A stretch of 52,645 nt of DNA from an uncultured Anaerolineales bacterium (GTDB lineage: Bacteria > Chloroflexota > Anaerolineae > UBA7937 > B3-Chlor): contig CAZNMJ010000002.1 of assembly GCA_964573815.1 (NCBI GenBank), positions 1 to 52,645 of the forward strand, given 5' to 3'. This document shows, piece by piece, positions 36,315-44,869 of this stretch; positions within the stretch are counted from its first letter, which is position 1; each line of letters starts with the position of its first letter. The translations under genes were made by a program, and so were the position numbers. Under the pieces are notes generated by a model. The model ran no database searches. It saw nothing but the letters and a program-made list of their open reading frames with translations, and had not been told where the DNA came from.

Positions 36315-36962
36315 TTACTCAGGTTGCTGTTGATCGCTCTGTAGGAGGGTCTTCACTTCCTCGTCAGAAGTCTGGTCAAAGACGTTGTAGAAGGCTCCTA
36401 CGGCCCAGAAGATCTCCGGTGCGTGGAGACAATACAGTTCGTCAACTTCGCGCCTCAATCTTTGTATGGTGTCCCGCGGTCCCACCGGCACAGCAAGCAC
36501 TAGCTTGGCCGGCTCTTGAGCGCGAATCGCCTGGATGGTGGCCAACGTAGTGGCCCCCGTGGCAACACCGTCGTCCGCCAGGATGACTACTTTGCCCTTC
36601 AGTTCGAGGTCTGGCAGTTCGCCTCTGTATTCGGACGTGCGCCTCTTGATCTCCTGCGTTTGGCGCTCCGATTCCCTGTCGATGTAGTCCTGCGAGACGC
36701 CGAGTCGGTTTGCCAACTCGTGGTCCAAGATCAGTGTTCCGTCGCTGGCTACTGCGCCGATAGCTAACTCGGGGTTGCGTGGCGCCCCTATCTTCCGCGT
36801 GATGTAGACGTCGAGAGGCAAGTCCAGGGCCTCGGCGACCTCGTGACCGACCACTACCCCACCTCGCGGGATGCCTAGGACTATCACATTGTCCTGTCCT
36901 TTGAACGGGGCTAGCTCTTGTGCCAGTGCCTTTCCTGCTTCGCGGCGATCCTCGAACAGCAT
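36315..36962 (-). CDS. Phosphoribosyltransferase-family protein (COG1926-like predicted PRTase)
   Basis: FEDRREAGKALA...VIVLGIPRGGVVVG and the PRPP loop KVVILADDGVATGATT. Confidence 0.85.
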   Translation of the reverse strand: MLFEDRREAGKALAQELAPFKGQDNVIVLGIPRGGVVVGHEVAEALDLPLDVYITRKIGAPRNPELAIGAVASDGTLILDHELANRLGVSQDYIDRESERQTQEIKRRTSEYRGELPDLELKGKVVILADDGVATGATTLATIQAIRAQEPAKLVLAVPVGPRDTIQRLRREVDELYCLHAPEIFWAVGAFYNVFDQTSDEEVKTLLQSDQQQPE

Positions 36963-36975
36963 TGCGGCCTCCCTC

Positions 36976-37446
36976 TCACCCCTGGGCTAACGCCAGCGCC
37001 TTCCGCACCGCGTCGGCCGGGTCGGTGGCGGCAGTGATGCCACGTTCCCTATCCGAGCCTTCTTTGCTAAGCCGCCATGAGCCCAGCCCTACAACGGGAA
37101 TGCCTAACTTCAGGGCGTGCGCTATCTCGGACAAGGTGCCATATCCTCCACTGACGGCGATGACCGATTGGGCCGAACTCACCACCACAACATTGCGCGC
37201 TTCTCCCATGCCCGTAACGATGGGAATGTCGACATAGGGATTGGCATCCTGCCAACTGCTACCGGGGAGGATACCGACGGTCAGTCCTCCAGCGGCCTTC
37301 GCCCCCCGGCAAGCGGCCTCCATGACCCCCCCCAATCCTCCGCATATGACGACGGCTCCTTTTTCAGCCAAGTGTTGGCCCACTTCCTCCGCCAATCTGG
37401 CAGTCTCAGCCGAGCAGAGCCCATCACCAATGACCGCCACGAACAT
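36976..37446 (-). CDS. TIGR00725/LOG-family (SLOG-type Rossmann) protein
   Basis: VICGGLGGVMEAACRGA (GGxGxM) and VSGGYGTLSEIAHAL (PGGxGTxxE-like); 156 aa. Confidence 0.8.
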   Translation of the reverse strand: MFVAVIGDGLCSAETARLAEEVGQHLAEKGAVVICGGLGGVMEAACRGAKAAGGLTVGILPGSSWQDANPYVDIPIVTGMGEARNVVVVSSAQSVIAVSGGYGTLSEIAHALKLGIPVVGLGSWRLSKEGSDRERGITAATDPADAVRKALALAQG

Positions 37447-37448
37447 GT

Positions 37449-38033
37449 CTATCGCTCCAGATCAATGGCGGCTAGGCGAGTATACTTCGCACCTGCCGGG
37501 GAGAGTTCGCTCTTCATCAGACTGACCTTGAGAACTGTCATTTCGCCAAGAAGATCGATACTTTGCTTCTCGATCAATCTGCCCAAGTGACGGCGTTCCC
37601 CGGTCTCGACGTGCCTGGCCACTCTCCCCAAGGTCAAATGAGGGGTGTACTTTCGCTTCTCGGGGGGATACCCCAAGACCGACAGGCGATCCTCGATGCT
37701 ACCCTGCAAACGAGTAAGCGTCTCGGTGTCTCCATCCACACCGATCCAGATCACATTCGGCCTACTTGGACTGGGAAAGCAGCCAAGGCCTCCAAAACTC
37801 AATGCAAACGGCCGAATACCTTGGCTCCCCTGACTGATGGCGACAACTATCTCGTTGATCGTATCGGCTGGCACGTTGCCGAGGAACTTGAGGGTCAGAT
37901 GGATGCCCCCGGACTTCACCCAGCGCACCAAATCGGCGATGCCTCTGCCTTTGAGCAGGTCCTGCGTCTCCGTCAGCCCTCTCTTGAGGTCATCGTCCAG
38001 CTCTATGGCGACAAAAGTACGGATCTGTTCCAT
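37449..38033 (-). CDS. thpR: RNA 2',3'-cyclic phosphodiesterase (2H phosphoesterase, ThpR/LigT)
   Basis: Two HxT motifs at the expected spacing: GIHLTLKFLG and TPHLTLGRV. 194 aa. Confidence 0.88.
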   Translation of the reverse strand: MEQIRTFVAIELDDDLKRGLTETQDLLKGRGIADLVRWVKSGGIHLTLKFLGNVPADTINEIVVAISQGSQGIRPFALSFGGLGCFPSPSRPNVIWIGVDGDTETLTRLQGSIEDRLSVLGYPPEKRKYTPHLTLGRVARHVETGERRHLGRLIEKQSIDLLGEMTVLKVSLMKSELSPAGAKYTRLAAIDLER

Positions 38034-38048
38034 GACTTGCCGAGACTG

Positions 38049-38078
38049 ATTATATCACATGTTTGTGCCTTGCTTCAA
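38049..38078 (-). promoter_or_regulatory. Strong promoter candidate for thpR-LOG-PRTase
   Basis: On the minus strand: TTGAAG (38078-38073), 18-nt spacer, TGATATAAT (extended -10, TATAAT 38054-38049). Only 15 nt lie between the -10 and ATG 38033, with no SD. Confidence 0.5.
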
Positions 38079-38082
38079 CCGA

Positions 38083-38919
38083 TCACGCGGGCTGTAATCC
38101 AGTGTTGACCATCTTGTCAGCTGACAGGCACCAGTATCTCTCGCCGTAGTCTTGTTCCGAACCCAGTGCCGCTGTGTAGTCGCGTACCCGAGTGGCCATC
38201 ATCTCGACACTCTCGAAGAGGACGTGGATCTGAGAGGCGTAGGTGGCGATCGCATCGATCTTTGCTGTCAAACATTCTTCGCCAAAGCCCCGGATCTGCG
38301 ACCTCCAAGTGTCGACGCAGATTCCTTCCAGTGCTCGAGTGAGGGCGCCGGGCACCTCCACGTACGGGTAGTCCTCGTAGAAGACAACCTCGCGGAATCT
38401 GCCTTGGAACGTCAGGACCGCCTCTCTCAGTAACTGATGGTCGACGTGATTGCCTACGCCCAGCGGGGCGAAGACCTCTGGCTGCTGCCCAGAGCATATT
38501 TCCAAGATGGAGTCTGCTACGTGTGTCAGCAATTCAAGGTCTGAGCGATGCACGGAGCCAAACAGGTCTTCATCGCGTTCGTAGAGAAAGGAGTCTCCAT
38601 CATGACGATAGATGGCATCCAAGTATTCAAGATGCCAGCAGTGTGCGCGCAAGAGTCCGCTCGCTTCGTCATCCTCCCGTCTTCGCACTGCCATAGGATT
38701 GGCAAGGCCACCCCAACGCACACGCAGTTGAGCGGCGAGAGGTGAGATATCGGGCCGCGACGGAGAACCGGCGAAGACGGTCAGCACCAGCACGCTTCTC
38801 CCCGCTTGGGTTTGGCGACGGATTGACCCTCCGCAAGACAGGATCGCATCATCCAAGTGTGGTGAGAGATAGACCACATCTGGTACCACAGCTTCATCCC
38901 CAGTGGTTAAGACTATCAC
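38083..38919 (-). CDS. PIG-L/LmbE-family deacetylase
   Basis: VVYLSPHLDDAILSCGG (PHxDD motif) and later GNHVDHQL. GTG start. Confidence 0.8.
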   Translation of the reverse strand: MIVLTTGDEAVVPDVVYLSPHLDDAILSCGGSIRRQTQAGRSVLVLTVFAGSPSRPDISPLAAQLRVRWGGLANPMAVRRREDDEASGLLRAHCWHLEYLDAIYRHDGDSFLYERDEDLFGSVHRSDLELLTHVADSILEICSGQQPEVFAPLGVGNHVDHQLLREAVLTFQGRFREVVFYEDYPYVEVPGALTRALEGICVDTWRSQIRGFGEECLTAKIDAIATYASQIHVLFESVEMMATRVRDYTAALGSEQDYGERYWCLSADKMVNTGLQPA

Positions 38920-38957
38920 GTTCTTGGCGTCGAGTCCACAAAGTCAACTGCGTCCAC

Positions 38958-38985
38958 TTGACATCGTTGTAGAGTGTGGTATGAT
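38958..38985 (+). promoter_or_regulatory. Near-consensus promoter for the NTF2-like lipoprotein gene
   Basis: TTGACA (38958-38963), 16-nt spacer, TGGTATGAT (TATGAT 38980-38985). The in-frame ATG 38996 is only 10 nt downstream of the -10. Confidence 0.55.
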
Positions 38986-38995
38986 ACTCTCAAAA

Positions 38996-39532
38996 ATGGA
39001 GGCTTTGACAAACGTGAATAGGACGCTGTTTGGAACCCTCATCGTCATTGCCATGCTGGCAGCAGCATGTGGTCCCCCGGAGGTTCCCACTGTGCCGGGC
39101 GAGATTCCGTCGCCGCGACCCCGGGGCACAGATACTCCTACGCCGGCTAGCGACGAAGAAGCGATCAGGCAGCTATTGAACGCGGAAGGAGAGGGTGTCG
39201 TTTCTCAAGACATTGATCGCTTGATGGAGATCTGGGACTCCGGCGGGGAGGTGAGAGATGCCAACCACACGCCTGACAACCCGGACGACGATCGTGTCTG
39301 GCCTGGGATAACTGCCATACGAGAGAGATACGTCAATGAGATCTTTCCCTCTGCTCCCAGCTCGGTGACCCACCCCGATGTCGAATTGACGATAGAGGGC
39401 AATTCCGCGACCGCCCTCACCACGACAACCATAGGTATAGATCACGCCCCTGGCGGTGACCGGTGGACATTCGCCAAGAAGGATGGTCGCTGGCTCATTG
39501 TGAGCCTGACCTTCAATCTGGAACCGCAGTAG
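38996..39532 (+). CDS. Lipoprotein with NTF2-like (SnoaL/DUF4440-type) domain
   Basis: Signal peptide MEALTNVNRTLFGTLIVIAMLAAACG with a lipobox Cys. The C-terminal part ...WTFAKKDGRWLIVSLTF is typical of NTF2-like folds. The earlier ORF-track starts (38903, 38981) lie upstream of or inside the predicted promoter. Confidence 0.6.
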   Translation: MEALTNVNRTLFGTLIVIAMLAAACGPPEVPTVPGEIPSPRPRGTDTPTPASDEEAIRQLLNAEGEGVVSQDIDRLMEIWDSGGEVRDANHTPDNPDDDRVWPGITAIRERYVNEIFPSAPSSVTHPDVELTIEGNSATALTTTTIGIDHAPGGDRWTFAKKDGRWLIVSLTFNLEPQ

Positions 39533-39643
39533 GTACTGCATTATGGCCAGCCATGGATAGGTGACACCGAGGTGGCGGTGGGGAGCGACATTGTTCCCTG
39601 CCGCCTTCTTGTCACCAATCTGCTTCGATGATAAGGGAGGGAC

Positions 39644-41365
39644 TTGGTGGGGAAACTGGATAGGATCATCAGAGTGGCGCGGGGTGAGGAAGAGGCTGAT
39701 CTTCTGTTGCAGAATGTTCGCCTCGTCAACGTCCTGTCTGGCGAGATTCACGAAGCTGACGTGGCTGTCGCTGACACTCGTGTGGCGGGGATGGGTGATT
39801 ACGAAGCCAAGGAAGTCCTGGACCTGGATGGCGCATATCTGTGCCCTGGTCTGATAGATGGTCATCTCCACATCGAGAGTTCCATGCTGCGCATTCCCGA
39901 ATTTGCACGGGTGGTGGTGCCGCATGGGACGACGACGGTCATCACCGATCCACACGAGATAGCCAATGTGTTGGGGCTGGACGGAATCAAGTACATGATG
40001 GAGTCGAGCAAGGGCAATCCGCTGGGGGTGTACTTCATGTTGCCCTCCTGTGTGCCGTCAACTGACCTGGAGACCACAGGCTCCCGATTGATGTCCTACG
40101 ATCTTGCTCCGCTGCTCCACGAGGAATGGGTGGTTGGAGTCGCCGAGATGATGAACTATCCGGGTGTCTTGGATAGGAGTCCCGATGTCTTGGAGCGGAT
40201 AGGCATCGCCAGTGATAAGCGGATTGATGGTCATGCACCCCATCTAGGCGGAAAAGACCTGAATGCCTATATCGCCGCCGGCATATGCTCTGATCACGAG
40301 AGTACCTCCTTCGAAGAGGCGAAGGAGAAGCTTCAGCGAGGGATGCGTATCATGATTCGCGAAGGCAGCGTGGCCAAGAATATGGAGGAACTCCTACCCC
40401 TGGTGACGGCCGAGAATGCTCGTCGCTGCATGTTCGTGAGCGACGATAATGATCCGGCAGACCTGTTGGACAACGGGCACATGGACCGTGTCGTCAGGAA
40501 GGCGATCAGGCTGGGCCTGGAGCCGATGCTGGCCATTCAGCTGGCGACTATCAATCCGGCTGAGTACTTTGGACTACGCCAGCTGGGGGCTCTCGCTCCG
40601 GGCTATCGAGCTGACATGGTGGTCGTCGATGACCTCGAGAGTTTTGAAGTGAAGAAGGTCTTTCGCGGGGGGCAGCTGGTGGCCGAGGACGGGAAGATGC
40701 TGGCAACCATCGGCAAGCGTCCTCCGGTACCGCTCAGAGGTACTGTCAACGTGGCGTGGATAGAACTGGAGCATTTCCGCATCGAGGCGGGCAGCGGGCG
40801 GGCCAGGGTGATCGGCCTCACGGCGAATCAACTGGTGACGAAGCAGTTCTTAGAGGAGGTCAGGACGGTCGACCGGCTGGCAGTGGCTGACGTGGGGCGG
40901 GACATCCTGAAGCTGGCCGTGATAGAAAGGCATTTGGCCTCGGGGAACATGGGCCTGGGGTTTGTGAAGGGGTTTGGGCTGAAAGAGGGCGCCTTAGCTT
41001 CCTCAGTGGCGCATGATTCTCACAATATCATTGTCGTGGGCACCAACGATCTGGACATGATGACCGCTGCGGTCCAAATCGTGAAGATGCAGGGCGGTCT
41101 GGTCGTGGCGGCCGACGGCAGCGTCGTGGCGACTCTTCCCCTGCCCATCGCTGGTCTGATGTCCGAAAAGTCGGCGGAGGAGCTAAGGGCTGAGATGGAG
41201 GGGATCGAGCGGACGGCAAGAGATCTAGGTTGCACTGTCCCCACCCCTTTCATGGCTATGTCATTTCTGGCCCTGCCGGTGATCCCCAGGTTGAAGCTGA
41301 CCGACAAGGGCTTGGTTGATGTCAAGGAGTTTGATTTCGTTCCCTTGTTCGAGGATGGCGGCTGA
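39644..41365 (+). CDS. ade: Adenine deaminase
   Basis: GLIDGHLHIESSMLRIPEFARVVVPHGTTTVITDPHEIANV (amidohydrolase HxH plus the adenine deaminase signature); 573 aa. AAGGGAGGG precedes the TTG 39644 / GTG 39647 start. Confidence 0.9.
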   Translation: MVGKLDRIIRVARGEEEADLLLQNVRLVNVLSGEIHEADVAVADTRVAGMGDYEAKEVLDLDGAYLCPGLIDGHLHIESSMLRIPEFARVVVPHGTTTVITDPHEIANVLGLDGIKYMMESSKGNPLGVYFMLPSCVPSTDLETTGSRLMSYDLAPLLHEEWVVGVAEMMNYPGVLDRSPDVLERIGIASDKRIDGHAPHLGGKDLNAYIAAGICSDHESTSFEEAKEKLQRGMRIMIREGSVAKNMEELLPLVTAENARRCMFVSDDNDPADLLDNGHMDRVVRKAIRLGLEPMLAIQLATINPAEYFGLRQLGALAPGYRADMVVVDDLESFEVKKVFRGGQLVAEDGKMLATIGKRPPVPLRGTVNVAWIELEHFRIEAGSGRARVIGLTANQLVTKQFLEEVRTVDRLAVADVGRDILKLAVIERHLASGNMGLGFVKGFGLKEGALASSVAHDSHNIIVVGTNDLDMMTAAVQIVKMQGGLVVAADGSVVATLPLPIAGLMSEKSAEELRAEMEGIERTARDLGCTVPTPFMAMSFLALPVIPRLKLTDKGLVDVKEFDFVPLFEDGG

Positions 41366-41483
41366 CCATTCAGGTTCAGACTGCGGTCGTTTGAGAGACC
41401 GAGCCGTTATCTGAGTGGCCAGCCAAGGACCGCCGGCGGCTTCGCCCTGACCTCGCCGCGCCTGCAGAATGATTCCGGCTGGG

Positions 41484-42275
41484 TTATGGTGCTTCCAGCC
41501 CGTGTTGCTCAAGAAGCTGGATGTCTTCAAGTAGTTGCTCCGTCAGTCCGTCAGCAACCACCTTTCCTCTATCAAGGATAACGGTACGAGGTAGTAGTTC
41601 TTTCACCAGGCGCATGTCGTGGGTCGCAACCACCATGGTCTGTGGCAATTCCCTCAGGAGGCGGATTAGCCCCCGTCGCGCCCGTGGATCGAGTTCTCCG
41701 GTGGGCTCGTCGAGCGCCAAGATTTCCGGCTGCATAGCCAACACAGTCGCTATACCTATGCGCTTCTTCTCCCCCAGACTGAGGTGGTGGGACACCCGAT
41801 TCTCGAATCCTGCCATCCCCACTTGATCTAGAGCCCATCTCACCCGTTCGAGGACCTCTTCCTCTTCAAAGTTCATATGCAGCGGTCCGAAAGCAACGTC
41901 CTCAAGAACGGTCGGGGAGAAGAGTTGATCGTCGGGATGCTGGAACACAAGGCCGACTTGGCTGCGAACGGCTCCTAAGTTGCCGTCGCCCACTTCGGTC
42001 CCCATGATTCTCACCATCCCTTGGCCCCTCAGTATGCCGTTGAGATGTAGCAGTAGGGTTGATTTCCCCGCGCCATTTGGTCCCACCAGCGCTACTTTCT
42101 CCCCCTCCCACACAGCTAGACTGATGCCATCCAGCGCCTTCCTGCCGTCCGGATAACTGAAGGTCAGCGCATCTAGCTCAATGGCTGGACGACCCTGTTG
42201 CTCTGGCTGGTCAAGATACCTGCCTCTGGCAAGACCTGTGCTTGGCCGGTTGCGTAGTACCTCTGACATCGCCAC
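41484..42275 (-). CDS. cbiO: ECF transporter ATP-binding protein (CbiO/EcfA type)
   Basis: GPNGAGKST (Walker A), LSLGEKKRIGIA (signature) and ILALDEPT (Walker B). Confidence 0.9.
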   Translation of the reverse strand: MAMSEVLRNRPSTGLARGRYLDQPEQQGRPAIELDALTFSYPDGRKALDGISLAVWEGEKVALVGPNGAGKSTLLLHLNGILRGQGMVRIMGTEVGDGNLGAVRSQVGLVFQHPDDQLFSPTVLEDVAFGPLHMNFEEEEVLERVRWALDQVGMAGFENRVSHHLSLGEKKRIGIATVLAMQPEILALDEPTGELDPRARRGLIRLLRELPQTMVVATHDMRLVKELLPRTVILDRGKVVADGLTEQLLEDIQLLEQHGLEAP

Positions 42276-42279
42276 GCCT

Positions 42280-43083
42280 CTAGATTCTCAAGGGGACTCT
42301 GCTCAGGGTTACGATCGCAAGCAGGTAGGTAATGAATCCCAGGCAGACCACGAAATCGGTCAGACTCAGTTCTTGTGCCCTCATGGCACGGATGGTCCCA
42401 TCGAAGCCTCTGGACACCATGGCGGCGTAGATGCGTTCGCTCCTCTCATAGCTCCGCAGGAAAAGGGAGCCGACCATACCTCCTAGTACTCTGGCCTTCC
42501 ACACGATGCTGCCACCGCCTTTGCCATCAGGATCGGCACTGCGAGCTTCTCTGGCGCGCTGCAGGCGTAGGGCTTCGTCGGCGATCACAAAGATGTAGCG
42601 ATACATGAACGAGAGTATGGAGATGATAACTCTGGGCAGTCTAAGCCCTCTCATGGCGACCAGGAGATCTGGGAAGGTTGTTGTGGTGGTCAGCAGTGTG
42701 GCCACAAGGACCGCCAGCCAAGCTTTGATCATGATGCTCGTGAAGGCAACCACACCCTGATGGGTTATCGAGATATGCCAAGAAGCCACTTTGAAACTAC
42801 CGAGTGGTGTTCCGTCGATGGTGAACACGAGAGTCACCGCAGCAAGGGCGAACGGTAGGGCGACCATGGACCGCCTCACTATGACAAGCGGAGGAACGCG
42901 GGAGAGAACCACGACGATACCTATAGTCCCTAGGAGTAGCAGAAATGAGGGCCAGGCTCCGTGAGGGATGGCCGTGATGGCCACGACGAAGGCCAGCGTG
43001 ACGACGAGCTTCGGCCGCGCGTCTAGCCGGTGTATCGAACTATCTTGTTCGTGATACTGATCGAGGGCGTGGATGTGAGACAT
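42280..43083 (-). CDS. cbiQ: ECF transporter transmembrane (T) component CbiQ
   Basis: Polytopic membrane protein with a LRLPRVIISILSFMYRYIFVIADEALRLQRAREARS coupling-helix region. Confidence 0.85.
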   Translation of the reverse strand: MSHIHALDQYHEQDSSIHRLDARPKLVVTLAFVVAITAIPHGAWPSFLLLLGTIGIVVVLSRVPPLVIVRRSMVALPFALAAVTLVFTIDGTPLGSFKVASWHISITHQGVVAFTSIMIKAWLAVLVATLLTTTTTFPDLLVAMRGLRLPRVIISILSFMYRYIFVIADEALRLQRAREARSADPDGKGGGSIVWKARVLGGMVGSLFLRSYERSERIYAAMVSRGFDGTIRAMRAQELSLTDFVVCLGFITYLLAIVTLSRVPLRI

Positions 43084-43164
43084 TGATGCTCTTGAGAACG
43101 CACCGCACCAGTCCGGGAACAGAGACCTTCCGTCGACCGGATCCGGTCAGCGCGATGCCATTGG

Positions 43165-43470
43165 TTAGACTTGCTGGGTCTGGTCAGTAGATCGTCTGAT
43201 GCGCAGAAGGTAGCCTACTCCGAAACCGACCCCGAATAGGACCAAGACGCCAATGATTCCAGCCAGGATAGCAGCAAGTTGTTCGTGTCCCACCCCGGGC
43301 AGAACATAGTCGGGAATCAGCTCGTAGAGGGGATCCTGTGCCAAGTCTATGAACCCTTGGTCCACAGCTACCCTCTCCAGTCCGTCGGGCCAAGCAGAGG
43401 CCAAGGGAGAGAGCAGGACGACCCCCAGGGCGATAACCAGACCGACTGCCCACCACACTTTGTTTCTCAT
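43165..43470 (-). CDS. PDGLE-domain small membrane protein (CbiN/NikN-like accessory component)
   Basis: An N-terminal TM, then the literal WPDGLERV motif, then a C-terminal TM; 101 aa. It sits between cbiM and cbiQ. Confidence 0.75.
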   Translation of the reverse strand: MRNKVWWAVGLVIALGVVLLSPLASAWPDGLERVAVDQGFIDLAQDPLYELIPDYVLPGVGHEQLAAILAGIIGVLVLFGVGFGVGYLLRIRRSTDQTQQV

Positions 43471-43482
43471 CGGTCCTCCCTC

Positions 43483-44172
43483 CTAGACCTGCGCCTGTGG
43501 CTCGAGAAGATCCCTCCGGGTGGCGGCGATGAAGGCCACGGCGGCTACAGTAATCAGCCCCTCGCCGATCCCTATCAAGGCGTGGATGCCTGCCATGGCA
43601 GGCAGAGCTATCTGGAGGGGCGACGTGCCAGAGATGGCCAATTGCACTGCGCAGGCGATGGAGGCGACAAGGACCGAACACCAGGCAGCCGTAAAAGCAC
43701 CGGCCAGGTTGGCCCAAGGCCTACTTCCCACAATCCTCCGCATGCCCACATAGACGTAGTGGCCCACCAGACAGGCGATCACTGCCATGTTGAGGATGTT
43801 GGCGCCCAGAGCGATCAGTCCACCGTCTTGGAAGAGGAGGGCCTGGATCGCTACCACACTGGTCATGACGAGCATTCCCGCCCAAGGCCCCAACAGGATG
43901 GCGGCCAGAGCGCCTCCGATGAGATGCCCGGACGTTCCGCCGGCCACCGGGAAGTTCAGCATCTGGGCAGCGAAAATGAAGGCGGCCATCACACCCATCA
44001 GGGGTACCTGTCTTTCACCCAGTTGACGGTTCGTGCGGACGACGGCGTACGCCAGGGCCAGTATGGACACTACCCAGGCGCCTGCTGCCACTACGAGCGT
44101 CAAGAAACCGTCGGGGATGTGCATCGCCTTTGCTGACATTATGGGAATCAGCCACGTAGTAGCAAATATCAT
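43483..44172 (-). CDS. cbiM: ECF Ni/Co substrate-capture component CbiM/NikM
   Basis: MHIPDGFL motif preceded by a 16-aa leader MIFATTWLIPIMSAKA. A strong SD (AAGGGAGA) precedes ATG 44172. Multi-TM. Confidence 0.9.
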   Translation of the reverse strand: MIFATTWLIPIMSAKAMHIPDGFLTLVVAAGAWVVSILALAYAVVRTNRQLGERQVPLMGVMAAFIFAAQMLNFPVAGGTSGHLIGGALAAILLGPWAGMLVMTSVVAIQALLFQDGGLIALGANILNMAVIACLVGHYVYVGMRRIVGSRPWANLAGAFTAAWCSVLVASIACAVQLAISGTSPLQIALPAMAGIHALIGIGEGLITVAAVAFIAATRRDLLEPQAQV

Positions 44173-44276
44173 CGTCCTATCTCCCTTTTCCCGGTAAGCT
44201 GTCTCCCGAGTTGGCTTGCCAGCGAAGCCTGTCGGTCATTGGCGCGAGGGGCTCAGTCACTTGCGAGCCGACCTCG

Positions 44277-44720
44277 CTACCCTCTGGTGTTCCCAGGATT
44301 CTGTTTGCAGCCACTGCATATGCCGAATACCGCTAGATGCTCTATCTCTGCATGGAAGTCGTACTCTTTCCCTATGGCCTGTCGCAAAGGGTCTAGGAAG
44401 GGGTTCTCCATGTCCAGTATTGCGCCACATTCTCTGCAGATCAAGTGGTGGTGCAGCCCCTTGCTCAGCAATTCGTACTGGGCGTGCCCTCGTCCGAGAT
44501 CCGTCTCGCTTGCCAGATGCAAGCCCTTCAGTAGGTCCAGCGTTCTGTAAACGGTGGAAATGTCCAGGTAGGGATAGGCCACGCGAACCGTGTCATGGAT
44601 CTCTTCAGCGCTGATGTGTCCATCGCTGCTGGCAATAGCATCCAGGATCATCATGCGCTGTGGTGTCAGCCGATACCCAATCTGTTGCAGTGCTTCGACT
44701 GTTTCGTGATGATGACTCAT
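44277..44720 (-). CDS. Fur-family metal-responsive transcriptional regulator
   Basis: RLTPQRMMILDAI (winged helix), HHHLICRECG and ICSGC (two CxxC pairs). Confidence 0.88.
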   Translation of the reverse strand: MSHHHETVEALQQIGYRLTPQRMMILDAIASSDGHISAEEIHDTVRVAYPYLDISTVYRTLDLLKGLHLASETDLGRGHAQYELLSKGLHHHLICRECGAILDMENPFLDPLRQAIGKEYDFHAEIEHLAVFGICSGCKQNPGNTRG

Positions 44721-44736
44721 AGGTGTCCCATATGCA

Positions 44737-44765
44737 ATTATACCTCAAATGCTATCTCGTGTCAA
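44737..44765 (-). promoter_or_regulatory. Perfect-consensus sigma70 promoter for fur-cbiM-...-cbiO
   Basis: On the minus strand: TTGACA (44765-44760), 17-nt spacer, TATAAT (44742-44737). Only 16 nt lie between the -10 and ATG 44720. Confidence 0.6.
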
Positions 44766-44869
44766 GTGCAAGTGAGTTGCAGCAACCAGACGAGGGGAGC
44801 TAGAGCACGTTCTCACGCGCTGTGGGCGGAGGAGTGCGTGTGAGGAGGGATGAGGATGAACCTACGGGG

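Noticed and set aside
39173-39955. 260-aa minus-strand ORF across the lipoprotein gene end and the adenine deaminase start.
   Set aside because: It lies opposite two supported genes, and its composition and lack of motifs indicate a shadow ORF.
44173-44276. Looked for a cobalamin or NiCo riboswitch between fur and cbiM.
   Set aside because: The gap is only 104 nt, too short for a cobalamin riboswitch as I recall it. It lacks a B12-box-like GCCACUG/AGYCMGG core and shows only a short GCGAGG...CCUCGC helix.
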